Source: a virus. Taken from it: 43,744 nucleotides of DNA. Every line of letters begins with the position of its first letter. The first letter of the stretch is position 1. Made by a program: the position numbers and the translations under genes. The notes beneath the pieces were generated by a model. The model saw only the letters and a list, made by a program, of their open reading frames with translations. It made no database searches and was not told where the DNA came from. Below are positions 8,016 to 16,740 of the stretch, piece by piece. The stretch is from the IMG/VR virus record IMGVR_UViG_3300044693_000291; one strand, written 5' to 3'.

Positions 8016-8924
8016 TTAGTATGTGTTGTTATTTTTAACATTACCGCCATAGCGTACCCGGCCACCAGTACGCGGCTGTATTGGCACCAAGTTTATGGCA
8101 GTAGCCTCGCCGCCCGCAAAGTCTTTGCGCAGCATTACTATGGCATCATCATAATCCTTAACGCGCAGCTCCGGTATATTACGCGGCGCTATGCGGCTGT
8201 GTACATAGTATAGGGTAAAAGATACTACAGCCCATACAACCAATTGGCTACGGTTATCGCCGGCATTCCAGTAAGTTGTATCGGTTATATCCGTGGTAGG
8301 CGGCACAGTATAGGTAACACCAGCACCCCAATACTGCATGCCGTTTATAGGATCATCGGGAAAAATATTCCCGAAGGGCACCTGCGCGTATGTGTAGTAT
8401 TGTATGGCAAATTCCTGCGATATATTAATAGATGCAATGTTGCAGGTGTAGACTTTGTTGTTCCAAAATACTTTATCACCAACTTTGTACATGGCTTTGT
8501 AGTCGAACTCCGCCTGTGGCGCTGGTGCTGAGTATATTGCATACTGGTAGCCTATTAATTGCCATTCGGCCGGCGTGAAGGTGCCGGTCGTGGTATTGTT
8601 AACAATGGATTTGTATACGTTAGGCGTTTTGGCACCAGCAGGCGTATAGGTTACGTAAATGCCAAGTGCGTAGCTCGTAGCGCTTACCCATGCATCTGCA
8701 TCAATGTACACCCGGGTAAATGCGTTATACGTTTTAGTCTTATCCCACTTGTTTGTAGGCGCAAACTCCCGGTTAATAACATACTTCTGCACCAGCAGCG
8801 TACTGGCCTTTTCTACCGCCCTCTGCTCTGCGGTTTGCAGTATTGTTGGGTCGCTGCCTATAACTTGGTTCAAGTTGTCGGCTTGTATGGAGACTTTATA
8901 ATCGGCTGGAGTAAGATATCCCAT
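8016..8924 (-). CDS. DUF1320 (Mu gp36)-like head-tail adaptor with a central insertion of about 170 aa
   Basis: The N-terminus (MGYLTPADYKVSI...AEQRAVEKASTLLVQKY) and C-terminus (YYVHSRIAPRNIPELRVKDYDDAIVMLRKDFAGGEA) follow the DUF1320 pattern. The middle carries Y..GD.V.W...VY.C carbohydrate-binding-like repeats. Confidence 0.5.
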   Translation of the reverse strand: MGYLTPADYKVSIQADNLNQVIGSDPTILQTAEQRAVEKASTLLVQKYVINREFAPTNKWDKTKTYNAFTRVYIDADAWVSATSYALGIYVTYTPAGAKTPNVYKSIVNNTTTGTFTPAEWQLIGYQYAIYSAPAPQAEFDYKAMYKVGDKVFWNNKVYTCNIASINISQEFAIQYYTYAQVPFGNIFPDDPINGMQYWGAGVTYTVPPTTDITDTTYWNAGDNRSQLVVWAVVSFTLYYVHSRIAPRNIPELRVKDYDDAIVMLRKDFAGGEATAINLVPIQPRTGGRVRYGGNVKNNNTY

Positions 8925-8974
8925 CGTTACAAATCAGTTTAGGTAAAAGTAGCGGTTTATAAAAAAATATCTAA

Positions 8975-9031
8975 AAATATTTTGCGCGTAATACGAAACG
9001 TATTACATTTACATAGTAAAACAATGCTATG
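8975..9031 (+). promoter_or_regulatory. Promoter-operator module, copy B
   Basis: aaatatTTTGcgCGTAATACGaaaCGTATTACATTTAcatagtaaaacaatgctATG. TTTG at 8981-8984 and TACATTTA at 9004-9011 give a 19-nt spacer. The inverted repeat is GTAATACG / CGTATTAC. Confidence 0.55.
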
Positions 9032-9271
9032 ATAAACTTTAACATCAATGATTTTAAGCCAGTTCTTATATACGCATCCCTTAAAATGTATGGCGGCAAT
9101 AAGGTGGCAATATTAAGGGATTATACGAACGATATATTTATGCCTAAGTACTTCCCATATTACTCCATAAACGAATATCCTCGGGTACTTGCCATTCTCG
9201 GCCCTAAGTACATGGTTTTAAACATGCGCAGGGTATTCGAACTTCATCCGGGCATAGCGCAGTACAATTAA
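9029..9271 (+). CDS. Hypothetical protein (80 aa), plus-strand, operator-controlled, embedded antisense in the packaging/head operon
   Basis: The ORF starts just after module copy B. Its 3' end overlaps the terL stop by 4 nt (convergent). I recognised no family. Confidence 0.5.
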   Translation: MINFNINDFKPVLIYASLKMYGGNKVAILRDYTNDIFMPKYFPYYSINEYPRVLAILGPKYMVLNMRRVFELHPGIAQYN

Positions 9272-10851
9272 TGGCTATGCTTATGCACGTTTTTACCTAC
9301 GATTGGTTTAGTAACCTTGCCACCGCGCAAGTACAGCATGTACTCATCATGCAGGTTGGTAGTAATAACATACCGCTTTGCATCGCTCGGGTGCCCGTAC
9401 TTCTCGTAGGTTATGCCAGTAACCGGGTTTTTAACCTTCAACTTCTTAAGCGTTCCATCACTATCCTCTGGCGCGTATTGGTAGTCGCTTATGCTCTTTT
9501 CGCACCTTCGGTTTATAAGTATGGCAACGTTTGTGCGCCGGGCATAGGACTCGTTAATAAAGCCAGCCGATTGCACTACGCTGGGGTTCTTGCTTTGCAG
9601 CCTCATGCGTGGGTTGTATGCCGCCAAATACTCCGCAATCTTGGTGTAAAAGTTTTCTCCCTTCTCTAGCTTTGTATCCTCTTTTAAGCTGGTTCTGTCA
9701 CCGCACACAAACAAACCGCCTACCTTATGCACCGGGTAGCGCTTTATAAACTCGCTGCATACATCCCGCACCCGGTTACGCGGGTCTTCTAAGCAGATCT
9801 CATCTATCTGCACAGCTAAATAGTTTTTAGTTAGCACCCAATGCTCATCTGGCCGCAACCGCTCTGCTATTAGCTGCATGCGTGGCGCGCTGTATAGCTG
9901 CCATACAAGGCAGGTAAGGTATGGGTTAACGTTTTCGTCCCACGATAAGAATATTGGCTGCTGCTCGCACCAGTACAGGTCTGTAGTGCAGGTGGCACGC
10001 TTAAAATCCTTCCAAAACTCGCCGCCTGTGCGTATTTTGCCCCAATTCCCCAGCCCATATACATCATAGTATTCCGGGTCGTTTATACGATCCCATTCGA
10101 AATCATCTATGGTTGCCTGATCTTTGAAGTGTGGCCCTACGATGAATGGGTTGTCGAGGTAATTGGTTTTAATAACCAGCATGTTGCCGGTATCGTTTAC
10201 CTGCAACCCTGCCACGGTTAAGTCTATAAGCCGGCCCTTACTATCTACCCACATGGCAGCGCTGGTATCTACTGGCCGTAGGTTGGATTTATCAAATAGC
10301 TTAACCTTAATCCAATGGTCTTCGCTGATTGGGTTAAATATGCCAATAATCTGCTGCCCGGGTTTACCACGCAAGCGCTTACGTATCTGCTTAAGATCAG
10401 TTTCATCGAACTGGCTTATTTCCTCCAGTATTATGCGCTTAAAACCGCTGATACCTTTAATCTTTTCCGAGTCGTCCAGCCCACGGAAGCGTATGTACGC
10501 GCCTGTGTCCTTGCACTCTATGTAATGCTTTTGCAGCTTAAAACGGTCTGTTAGCTTCCACTTTGTAATGACTTCCCTGAAGTCGCTGTATATGCTATCC
10601 TCGATGTCTACGCTGTACTTTCGCAGAACCATTGCCGTCTCATCGCCACTACGCAGCATGTTGTAAACCAGCAATTGTACCACGCTGTATGTCTTACTGG
10701 CCGAGCTGCCGCCATATACAAAAATAAAACGTAAGGCAGTATTCTGAAACGCTGCCTTAAGTATAAAAAAAACTTTAGTGAATACGCGCCGCCGGAACTT
10801 AATATGCACCTTTGGCACCGGGGGTTTAGTCGTCGACGAATTCATCATCAT
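9268..10851 (-). CDS. terL: Terminase large subunit
   Basis: It is 527 aa with a Walker A-like VYGGSSASKTYS and a Walker B-like RIILEEIS. It is directly downstream of, and overlaps, the small-subunit gene. Confidence 0.85.
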   Translation of the reverse strand: MMMNSSTTKPPVPKVHIKFRRRVFTKVFFILKAAFQNTALRFIFVYGGSSASKTYSVVQLLVYNMLRSGDETAMVLRKYSVDIEDSIYSDFREVITKWKLTDRFKLQKHYIECKDTGAYIRFRGLDDSEKIKGISGFKRIILEEISQFDETDLKQIRKRLRGKPGQQIIGIFNPISEDHWIKVKLFDKSNLRPVDTSAAMWVDSKGRLIDLTVAGLQVNDTGNMLVIKTNYLDNPFIVGPHFKDQATIDDFEWDRINDPEYYDVYGLGNWGKIRTGGEFWKDFKRATCTTDLYWCEQQPIFLSWDENVNPYLTCLVWQLYSAPRMQLIAERLRPDEHWVLTKNYLAVQIDEICLEDPRNRVRDVCSEFIKRYPVHKVGGLFVCGDRTSLKEDTKLEKGENFYTKIAEYLAAYNPRMRLQSKNPSVVQSAGFINESYARRTNVAILINRRCEKSISDYQYAPEDSDGTLKKLKVKNPVTGITYEKYGHPSDAKRYVITTNLHDEYMLYLRGGKVTKPIVGKNVHKHSH

Positions 10852-11398
10852 CTTCTATTTCGGGTTGTGCCTGCTGGTCTGGCTGGGTAAGCGGTTCATC
10901 ATCATCCACTATATCTACAATTAGCTGCACAGTGGTAGCCTTCTGTTTATTATCCACCTCGTAGCCACCCAAATGACGCATTAACATATCAAGCGCCTTG
11001 TTCTTGTCGTTTAGCTTGATCTTTTTAATGGTGCCAATGGTTTCGCCGCCAACGTTTATCTCGCTTATATCTATCCCCATAAGCGCTGCACGCATGTTGG
11101 CCGTCATCTGTTTAGGGTTTTTAAGTTCCCCGTTCTCGCCGTACAGTTCACCCGGGTCGGCAAAGGCAATTTTACTCAACTCTGCCAGCACCCGGCTTAA
11201 CTGTACCTGCCCAGCAAACTCTCCCGCCTCGGCGCGCAGGCGATTTATTTCGGCTTGAATTTTTGGCATTGCCATCCACCTGCTGGCAGTTACGTGTGCC
11301 CCCAATGGTTTACACCCGGCGCGTATGGCAGCAGCGGTGCCATTACCGTCCCGCAGCCACTCGACGCAAAATTTCTGCTGTTTGATCGTCAGACCCAT
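10826..11398 (-). CDS. terS: Terminase small subunit (Terminase_2 / P27-like)
   Basis: LTIKQQKFCVEWLRDGNGTAAAIRAGC matches the LT.kq..F..eY...gN...Aa..AGY helix-turn-helix signature. The tail is acidic. Confidence 0.8.
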   Translation of the reverse strand: MGLTIKQQKFCVEWLRDGNGTAAAIRAGCKPLGAHVTASRWMAMPKIQAEINRLRAEAGEFAGQVQLSRVLAELSKIAFADPGELYGENGELKNPKQMTANMRAALMGIDISEINVGGETIGTIKKIKLNDKNKALDMLMRHLGGYEVDNKQKATTVQLIVDIVDDDEPLTQPDQQAQPEIEDDDEFVDD

Positions 11399-11759
11399 AA
11401 TGTCGCTTTATTATTGGCAACAATATTAACTGAAATTGCTCAAATGACCTAAACTCAAACCCGTCTCCGCCGCAACGGCGCAGGATTTCAATGAAATCAA
11501 GTTGATTATCGCTCAAAGAATCGTTACCAACTTTAGCATCAAACCCATATGGTGCCCCGGGGCATACCAAAAACAAATCCAGCGCACCACTACGCAAACC
11601 AATGCTTTTATAGTGGCTTATCCGTTTTATGTGGCCGACCTTACTTTCCCCCGGGTGTGGTGGCACTTCATTCTGTACCGCGAACAAGCTGCCCCGTATT
11701 ATTGGGAATGTGTTGTGTGCCCACTGGAAGGCTTTGGCCTGTAGCTGATCGTGCGTCAT
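11343..11759 (-). CDS. VRR-NUC domain nuclease
   Basis: GLRSGALDLFLVCPGAPYGFDAKVGNDSLSDNQLDFIEILRRCGGDGFEFRSFEQF fits G.PDl.l.....ffiE.K....ls..Q..w...l...G....v.rs. Confidence 0.6.
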   Translation of the reverse strand: MTHDQLQAKAFQWAHNTFPIIRGSLFAVQNEVPPHPGESKVGHIKRISHYKSIGLRSGALDLFLVCPGAPYGFDAKVGNDSLSDNQLDFIEILRRCGGDGFEFRSFEQFQLILLPIIKRHYGSDDQTAEILRRVAAGR

Positions 11760-11977
11760 TGGTGTATAGTTAAAATTGTTGCTGCCCGTGCTATAAGGTC
11801 GTGCTCTGTGCCCGGGTTGTTGTATGTTTTCTTTACCAGTTCCTTTGCGCTATCGTCGTTATCTGCCAGCACTGCCACGTTAATGGGTACAGCATTAGGG
11901 GCGGTAACGATAAAGGTATAACAGTAGCGGGAGCGGAGGAAAATTGCCAATTCTTCGGCACTCGTTTTTCTTGCCAT
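11756..11977 (-). CDS. Hypothetical protein (73 aa)
   Basis: The stop forms an ATGA-type overlap with the downstream VRR-NUC start. This is the first gene after the iteron region. Confidence 0.5.
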   Translation of the reverse strand: MARKTSAEELAIFLRSRYCYTFIVTAPNAVPINVAVLADNDDSAKELVKKTYNNPGTEHDLIARAATILTIHQ

Positions 11978-12222
11978 AGTGGTGTAACTTTTTGTTTGTT
12001 ATTGAATGTTAATGTCTTATACGGTTACAGTTACACCAAAAAAAATACTGTAAACTTCTCAGCTTTTTTACTGCACGATAATTAATTTAATTATGTAGCA
12101 CAGTTTTTTTATATAGTATATAAACTCTAGTGTAACTAGTGTAACTAATAAGATAAAGAGCTGTAAATCAACGGTTACACTTATTTTTTAATTTGTGTAA
12201 CCGTTCTGTAACGGCCTGTAAC
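11978..12222. repeat. AT-rich intergenic region with about 10 TGTAAC/GTTACA iterons; candidate replication origin
   Basis: GTGTAAC at 11982, 12130, 12139 and 12195. GTTACAC at 12030 and 12174. GTTAC at 12024. TGTAAC at 12207 and 12217. Variants TGTAAAC at 12048 and TGTAAAT at 12162. Tandem TAGTGTAAC x2 at 12128-12145. An 11-bp inverted repeat AACGGTTACAC (12170-12180) / GTGTAACCGTT (12195-12205) flanks ttattttttaattt. An AT-rich stretch spans 12061-12125. Confidence 0.5.
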
Positions 12223-12482
12223 TATTTGGGCCACCCCGGGCGTTTTGCCAGCATGCGCCCCAACTCCATCATAGTTATCTCCTTTGCGCCGGCGGCTACA
12301 GCTTTGGCGCGTTTAGTTTTGCAAATATCAAAATGCTCATGGCTGGTGCCCGGGTACTGTATCCATTTTCGCGCCACGCCAATAGTATCTGCCATTTGCA
12401 ACAATTCCTCCGTGGTATCTGCTACCATATGGCACATAATTAACCTACCAAAGGGTGCCTCCATGTTGTCAACGTATACCAT
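12222..12482 (-). CDS. DUF4031 family protein
   Basis: MVYVDN...GRLIMCHMVADTTEELLQMADTIGVARKWIQ...HEHFDI...RAKAVAAGA follows the DUF4031 pattern (vYVD...w.HL.AD..eEL..fA..iG....f....HYD). Confidence 0.6.
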   Translation of the reverse strand: MVYVDNMEAPFGRLIMCHMVADTTEELLQMADTIGVARKWIQYPGTSHEHFDICKTKRAKAVAAGAKEITMMELGRMLAKRPGWPK

Positions 12483-12492
12483 AAACTTTGTT

Positions 12493-14718
12493 TTAAAATG
12501 GTTCTAAATCAGGAAATGCCGGCGGTGGTGCAGCCTGTATGCCGGCCGCTGGGTTTTTCTTTTCGTGTACGTAGTATACCCGGCTGGTTTTGCCCTCCAC
12601 CTTCTTTATGTGCTGCCGGTAGCCCAGCCGTTTAAGTTCCTGCCCTACTTTGTTTAAGTTGGTTTTCTGGTTACTGTATTTATCGAGCTGCTCCTTTATT
12701 TTGCCAGCGGTAAGCTCTGATACCCCAATACCGGGGCCTTTAGCGGCTTCAAAGTATTCGTTAATAAGGTCATACTCAAGGGAATAGTCAATGAACTTAT
12801 CATTGCGTTCGCCCAGCGTTTCAATGTCTTTGCCCAATATCTCCCACTCGTACCCAGCGTGGTACATGCGGAAAAGTTCAGCCCACATGGCATCCCGGTC
12901 TATTGTATTCATCTTGGCATAATCTACGTAATCAACATGCACCGGGATAATACGCCGGTTACCCGTTGGGTCGTTCAATATATCCAACTCGTTGCATGTT
13001 CCGCCCAGCGAGGCCAACCGTTTAAGTTCTTGGCTACTGCGCCCATATGGCAACCGTATGGTAAACGTGTCTTTATCCGTCAGGGCCTTCAATCGCTTTT
13101 GCTCTTTCTTGTTCTTGCCATCGAACTCATCGTCCATTATAAGCACCTTATTACACATAAGTATATCGTCGTCTTTTCCGCCATCCAATTTACTTTCCGT
13201 ATAATAATCTGCCGGGCTGCGCCATGCCCCGGGCAGCAGCCTGCGGAACACCCGGGTTTTGCCCGTACCGTGGCGCTCTCCTGCCAGCACCAGCACCAGC
13301 GGAGAGGGGCTGCCGTATATGCTGCTAACAATGCCTACTAACCACTTTGTGCCAAAATATACCATGCGTTCATAATCCTGCGCATCGCCCTGTAGGTGTA
13401 TGCAGGACCAAAACTGGTCTATTTCGCCACTGTAGCTACGGTCTTTGTTATCCTGCCACCAGTCCAGAAAAGGGTTATACTCCGGTATGTTATTGCTAAA
13501 AATACACCGGCTAAACATATCGAAATTTAAGTCATCGAAAACCTTCTTGGCCTGTAAAAAGATGGAGTTAAGATCTCGGTCTGTCAACGATTTGCCGCTG
13601 TTTTCCAGCCGCAGCGTTACAAGGTTGTGGCGAAGGTTATAATTACTGCGCAGCCACGTTAACAGTGCATCAATGTCGTTATCATCTGGCTGTATATCAT
13701 TGTCGTACGCCTGTTTAACAATGTGCTCGCTATCTGCTGCGCTAATGCCGGCAAATTGCTCGAGGTTCTTCATGATCGTGGGTATGTCCTGCCCGCCTTT
13801 CTTTAGGCTGGCAGTAACACCCATAACCTTTTTCGTTGTAGGGCTGGCAATGCTTATACCGGCTTGCTTCGCGTAGTAGTAGATTGTGCTTAGTGTGGCC
13901 TTCTGCCCGTGCCACTCCTTATCATGTTTAAGCGCCACCGTATACTGTTTATCGCAAACGTCAGGCGTATATTTTGCGGATATGGCGCTAAGGGCATGAA
14001 AGTACTGACGGCCAGATTCGCCAAACTTATGGCACAATGCAAAGCATACACGCAACCAATCCCGGTAATCCTCGCAGCAGCTTACGCCACGTTCCACCAT
14101 TTGGCGTACGATGTCGTCGAACTCATTTTGCACAAACACAACCGGAGGCGGCGCTGCCTTCTTTTCTTTGGGAAGGTACTTCTTCCACTGCTTTGCGTTT
14201 TCGTTAACGTGCAGGTAGGGGTCGTACGACACAAACCGAGGGCGGCTTACGTTTATACCCGTGGGGTCTACCGGCTGCTTATACTTCTTCAGGTAGTAAT
14301 CGGCAATTGCCAAATACGCATCTCGGTGCCTATCCGGCTCAATGCGTATAATTACGCACAGGCCATAACCGCTGCAACTTACAAAGACGGCATAAGTGAA
14401 CTCGTCTTTTATTAGCATCTCTTTAACGGCGTTAACCTGTGTGCCTAAATCGTCAATGTCTATGCCAATATAACCGCTGTGCAGCACCAGCCTATCGTCG
14501 TACCTTGTATCAAACGTACCGCTAAGGGTAACGCTGGGCAGCTTGTCTTTTAACTTATCACGCTCTTTTTTGTCACGCTGCGCCCGTATAGGGATTATCA
14601 GGTCTTGCCATGTACCCGTTTTTACGTTTTCAAGGAATATATCGAACGGAATAACGGATCGGCTGTCTATATTCCAGATGTTGGGATACAGACCCAAGTT
14701 CGGTGAAGTCATAGGCAA
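12493..14718 (-). CDS. DNA primase-helicase, VirE / BT4734-N-terminal type (741 aa)
   Basis: The N-terminal domain resembles Bacteroidota VirE_N/BT4734 primase-like regions. The C-terminal P-loop is VLAGERHGTGKTRVF, with a downstream hydrophobic run plus DDE (VLIMDDEFDG). It is the largest replication-module gene. Confidence 0.7.
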   Translation of the reverse strand: MPMTSPNLGLYPNIWNIDSRSVIPFDIFLENVKTGTWQDLIIPIRAQRDKKERDKLKDKLPSVTLSGTFDTRYDDRLVLHSGYIGIDIDDLGTQVNAVKEMLIKDEFTYAVFVSCSGYGLCVIIRIEPDRHRDAYLAIADYYLKKYKQPVDPTGINVSRPRFVSYDPYLHVNENAKQWKKYLPKEKKAAPPPVVFVQNEFDDIVRQMVERGVSCCEDYRDWLRVCFALCHKFGESGRQYFHALSAISAKYTPDVCDKQYTVALKHDKEWHGQKATLSTIYYYAKQAGISIASPTTKKVMGVTASLKKGGQDIPTIMKNLEQFAGISAADSEHIVKQAYDNDIQPDDNDIDALLTWLRSNYNLRHNLVTLRLENSGKSLTDRDLNSIFLQAKKVFDDLNFDMFSRCIFSNNIPEYNPFLDWWQDNKDRSYSGEIDQFWSCIHLQGDAQDYERMVYFGTKWLVGIVSSIYGSPSPLVLVLAGERHGTGKTRVFRRLLPGAWRSPADYYTESKLDGGKDDDILMCNKVLIMDDEFDGKNKKEQKRLKALTDKDTFTIRLPYGRSSQELKRLASLGGTCNELDILNDPTGNRRIIPVHVDYVDYAKMNTIDRDAMWAELFRMYHAGYEWEILGKDIETLGERNDKFIDYSLEYDLINEYFEAAKGPGIGVSELTAGKIKEQLDKYSNQKTNLNKVGQELKRLGYRQHIKKVEGKTSRVYYVHEKKNPAAGIQAAPPPAFPDLEPF

Positions 14719-14723
14719 CTAAA

Positions 14724-15194
14724 TTAATCGATGTAGTCAATAGTAACAAAATTGATTTTGTCGGGATTGTTGCCCTGCCGTAAATAATTAATACCCAACG
14801 GCACCAGCCAGTTAAGGTTCGTAATTATATTCGGCGGCAGTGCTGCGCACGGCACCCACTGTACTAACTCATCGGTTAACGATTTTGCCTCACCATGTTG
14901 TTTTTCGTCGTAAATGCCAGCGAATATAAGCACCCGGTAATTGCTATCACCGTTGTATATGGTGCCAACGCTGCTCCAGACAAAGGTTGGAATTTTTAAG
15001 CCGGTTTCTTCCTTGAACTCGCGGCTTACGCTAATGCGCGGCGGTTCTCCCGGTTCTATTTTGCCACCGGGGAAATTATAGTAACCAGCTTGCCATTTTG
15101 GGCGTGTCTTTTTAAGTAGTAGTACGCTACGAAAGTCTTCGCTATAAAGCATACCTATGGTATACTCAAGGAAATCAGGCTTCTCGGTATTCAT
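14724..15194 (-). CDS. Nudix hydrolase
   Basis: It carries a complete Nudix box: GGKIEPGEPPRISVSREFKEETGL (GX5EX7REUXEEXGU). Confidence 0.85.
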   Translation of the reverse strand: MNTEKPDFLEYTIGMLYSEDFRSVLLLKKTRPKWQAGYYNFPGGKIEPGEPPRISVSREFKEETGLKIPTFVWSSVGTIYNGDSNYRVLIFAGIYDEKQHGEAKSLTDELVQWVPCAALPPNIITNLNWLVPLGINYLRQGNNPDKINFVTIDYID

Positions 15195-15195
15195 C

Positions 15196-16740
15196 TCAGT
15201 TTGGGTTTACATTGTTTTGCCAGTCCGGGAAATGCTCCCGTAGTTTACGGAATAAGTGTTCCTGTGCGCGGTCCCGGTGCCATTGGTTGTACTTTTTACC
15301 AACCTCCGTACACCACTCTGCCGCTTTCACATGGTACTGCTGCAATATAAATGCAGCGTTTTCATCTGTCATCTTTGGCACCACCTGTTTTGCATTTTTT
15401 GCCAGTGTGTCGCCAATTTGAAAAAACGGGTAATACTCCTTCCGGTGTTTGTTATTGGCTATTACAGCCTTAACGTCAATGCCTTTGGTTATTACCACAA
15501 ATTCGGCCAGTTCCTTTTCTGCATCCTCTGGTTTACGGGGGAATTCGTATCCACAGTGGGGGCATACCCGTACCTGCGCTGCCACAATTGCATCGCATTG
15601 CGGGCAATCTTTTACCGGGGCATTACCCTTGTTATCGCCGGGCCGTGGGGGATTGAAGAATATGTTTTCCCAGTCCCGGGGATCGCACCAATCACCATGC
15701 ACCAGCGCATTGCCGCCCATGTCTATTATGAAAAACGCATTCTTTGCCAGTGTTGGCCTGCCGCCACGGCCACACATTTGCAGCCATAGGGGCAGCGACA
15801 TGGTGCTGCGGTTTATTATAACTGCCTCTATCGTTGGTTCATCAAACCCGGTGGTAGCAATACCCACGTTACACAATATTGCCCCGGGGGTGTGCTTAAA
15901 CCACTGGAAGATAGCATCGCGCTCTGCCTGCGGCGTTGTGCCATCTACATGCCGGCAATCATATCCCTTTTCACGGAAGGCAGCGGTTACCTTTAACGAG
16001 TGATCGATATTGCAGTTAAAGATAATGGCTTTGGTGCCCGGTGCGTACTTTTCGTATGCCGTAACGGTATTCTGTATGTGCTTTGGTTTGCTGAAACTCA
16101 AGGCCATTAGGCCCTCGTCGAATTCACCGTTCTTTATCTTAAGTTCGCCCCGGTCTACCGTATCCTTCGGGTTAAAGGTTACGTTTTGGCACAGCCCGCG
16201 CTCTGGCTTGGTTTTGTTTAGATTTATCAGCTCCGGTATATCCACCCCGCATACTATGTCCTGATAGTAGTTTTTGAGCGGGTCTTTTTTACTGGCAGCC
16301 AGTGGCGTGGCTGTAAACCCAACCACAAAGGCAGTCGGGAAGTGTTTATGTATTTTGTTAAAGTTTGCAATATGGCACTCATCTATTATCACTAAACCTA
16401 CCTTATCCATTATGCGGTCGATACGCCGGTTAACGCTCTCCACCATGCCCACGTATACCGGCGCATCCGGCACCGTACGCATGCCTGCAATAATCGGCTG
16501 GCTTACTATACCAAAACCGTTATATAGCGTGCGCCGGGTTTGCAGCAGCAACTCCTTCCGGTGAACCAGTATTAGCACACTCTTTTTTGCCTTAACGGTG
16601 TACCGCTGGCATATGGCGCTAAATACCACCGTTTTGCCGCCACCAGTAGCCAGTTGGAATATTACATTCTTTTGGCCGCTGGCGAGTTTTTGCCCAACCC
16701 GATAAACGCCTGATTCCTGATATGGTTCCAGCGTTATCAT
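15196..16740 (-). CDS. Superfamily 2 DEAD/DEAH-type helicase with a C-terminal zinc ribbon
   Basis: Motif I is LATGGGKT, motif II IIDECH, motif III GFTATP and motif VI QMCGRGGR. The zinc ribbon is CPQCDAIV...VCPHCGYEF. Confidence 0.8.
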   Translation of the reverse strand: MITLEPYQESGVYRVGQKLASGQKNVIFQLATGGGKTVVFSAICQRYTVKAKKSVLILVHRKELLLQTRRTLYNGFGIVSQPIIAGMRTVPDAPVYVGMVESVNRRIDRIMDKVGLVIIDECHIANFNKIHKHFPTAFVVGFTATPLAASKKDPLKNYYQDIVCGVDIPELINLNKTKPERGLCQNVTFNPKDTVDRGELKIKNGEFDEGLMALSFSKPKHIQNTVTAYEKYAPGTKAIIFNCNIDHSLKVTAAFREKGYDCRHVDGTTPQAERDAIFQWFKHTPGAILCNVGIATTGFDEPTIEAVIINRSTMSLPLWLQMCGRGGRPTLAKNAFFIIDMGGNALVHGDWCDPRDWENIFFNPPRPGDNKGNAPVKDCPQCDAIVAAQVRVCPHCGYEFPRKPEDAEKELAEFVVITKGIDVKAVIANNKHRKEYYPFFQIGDTLAKNAKQVVPKMTDENAAFILQQYHVKAAEWCTEVGKKYNQWHRDRAQEHLFRKLREHFPDWQNNVNPN

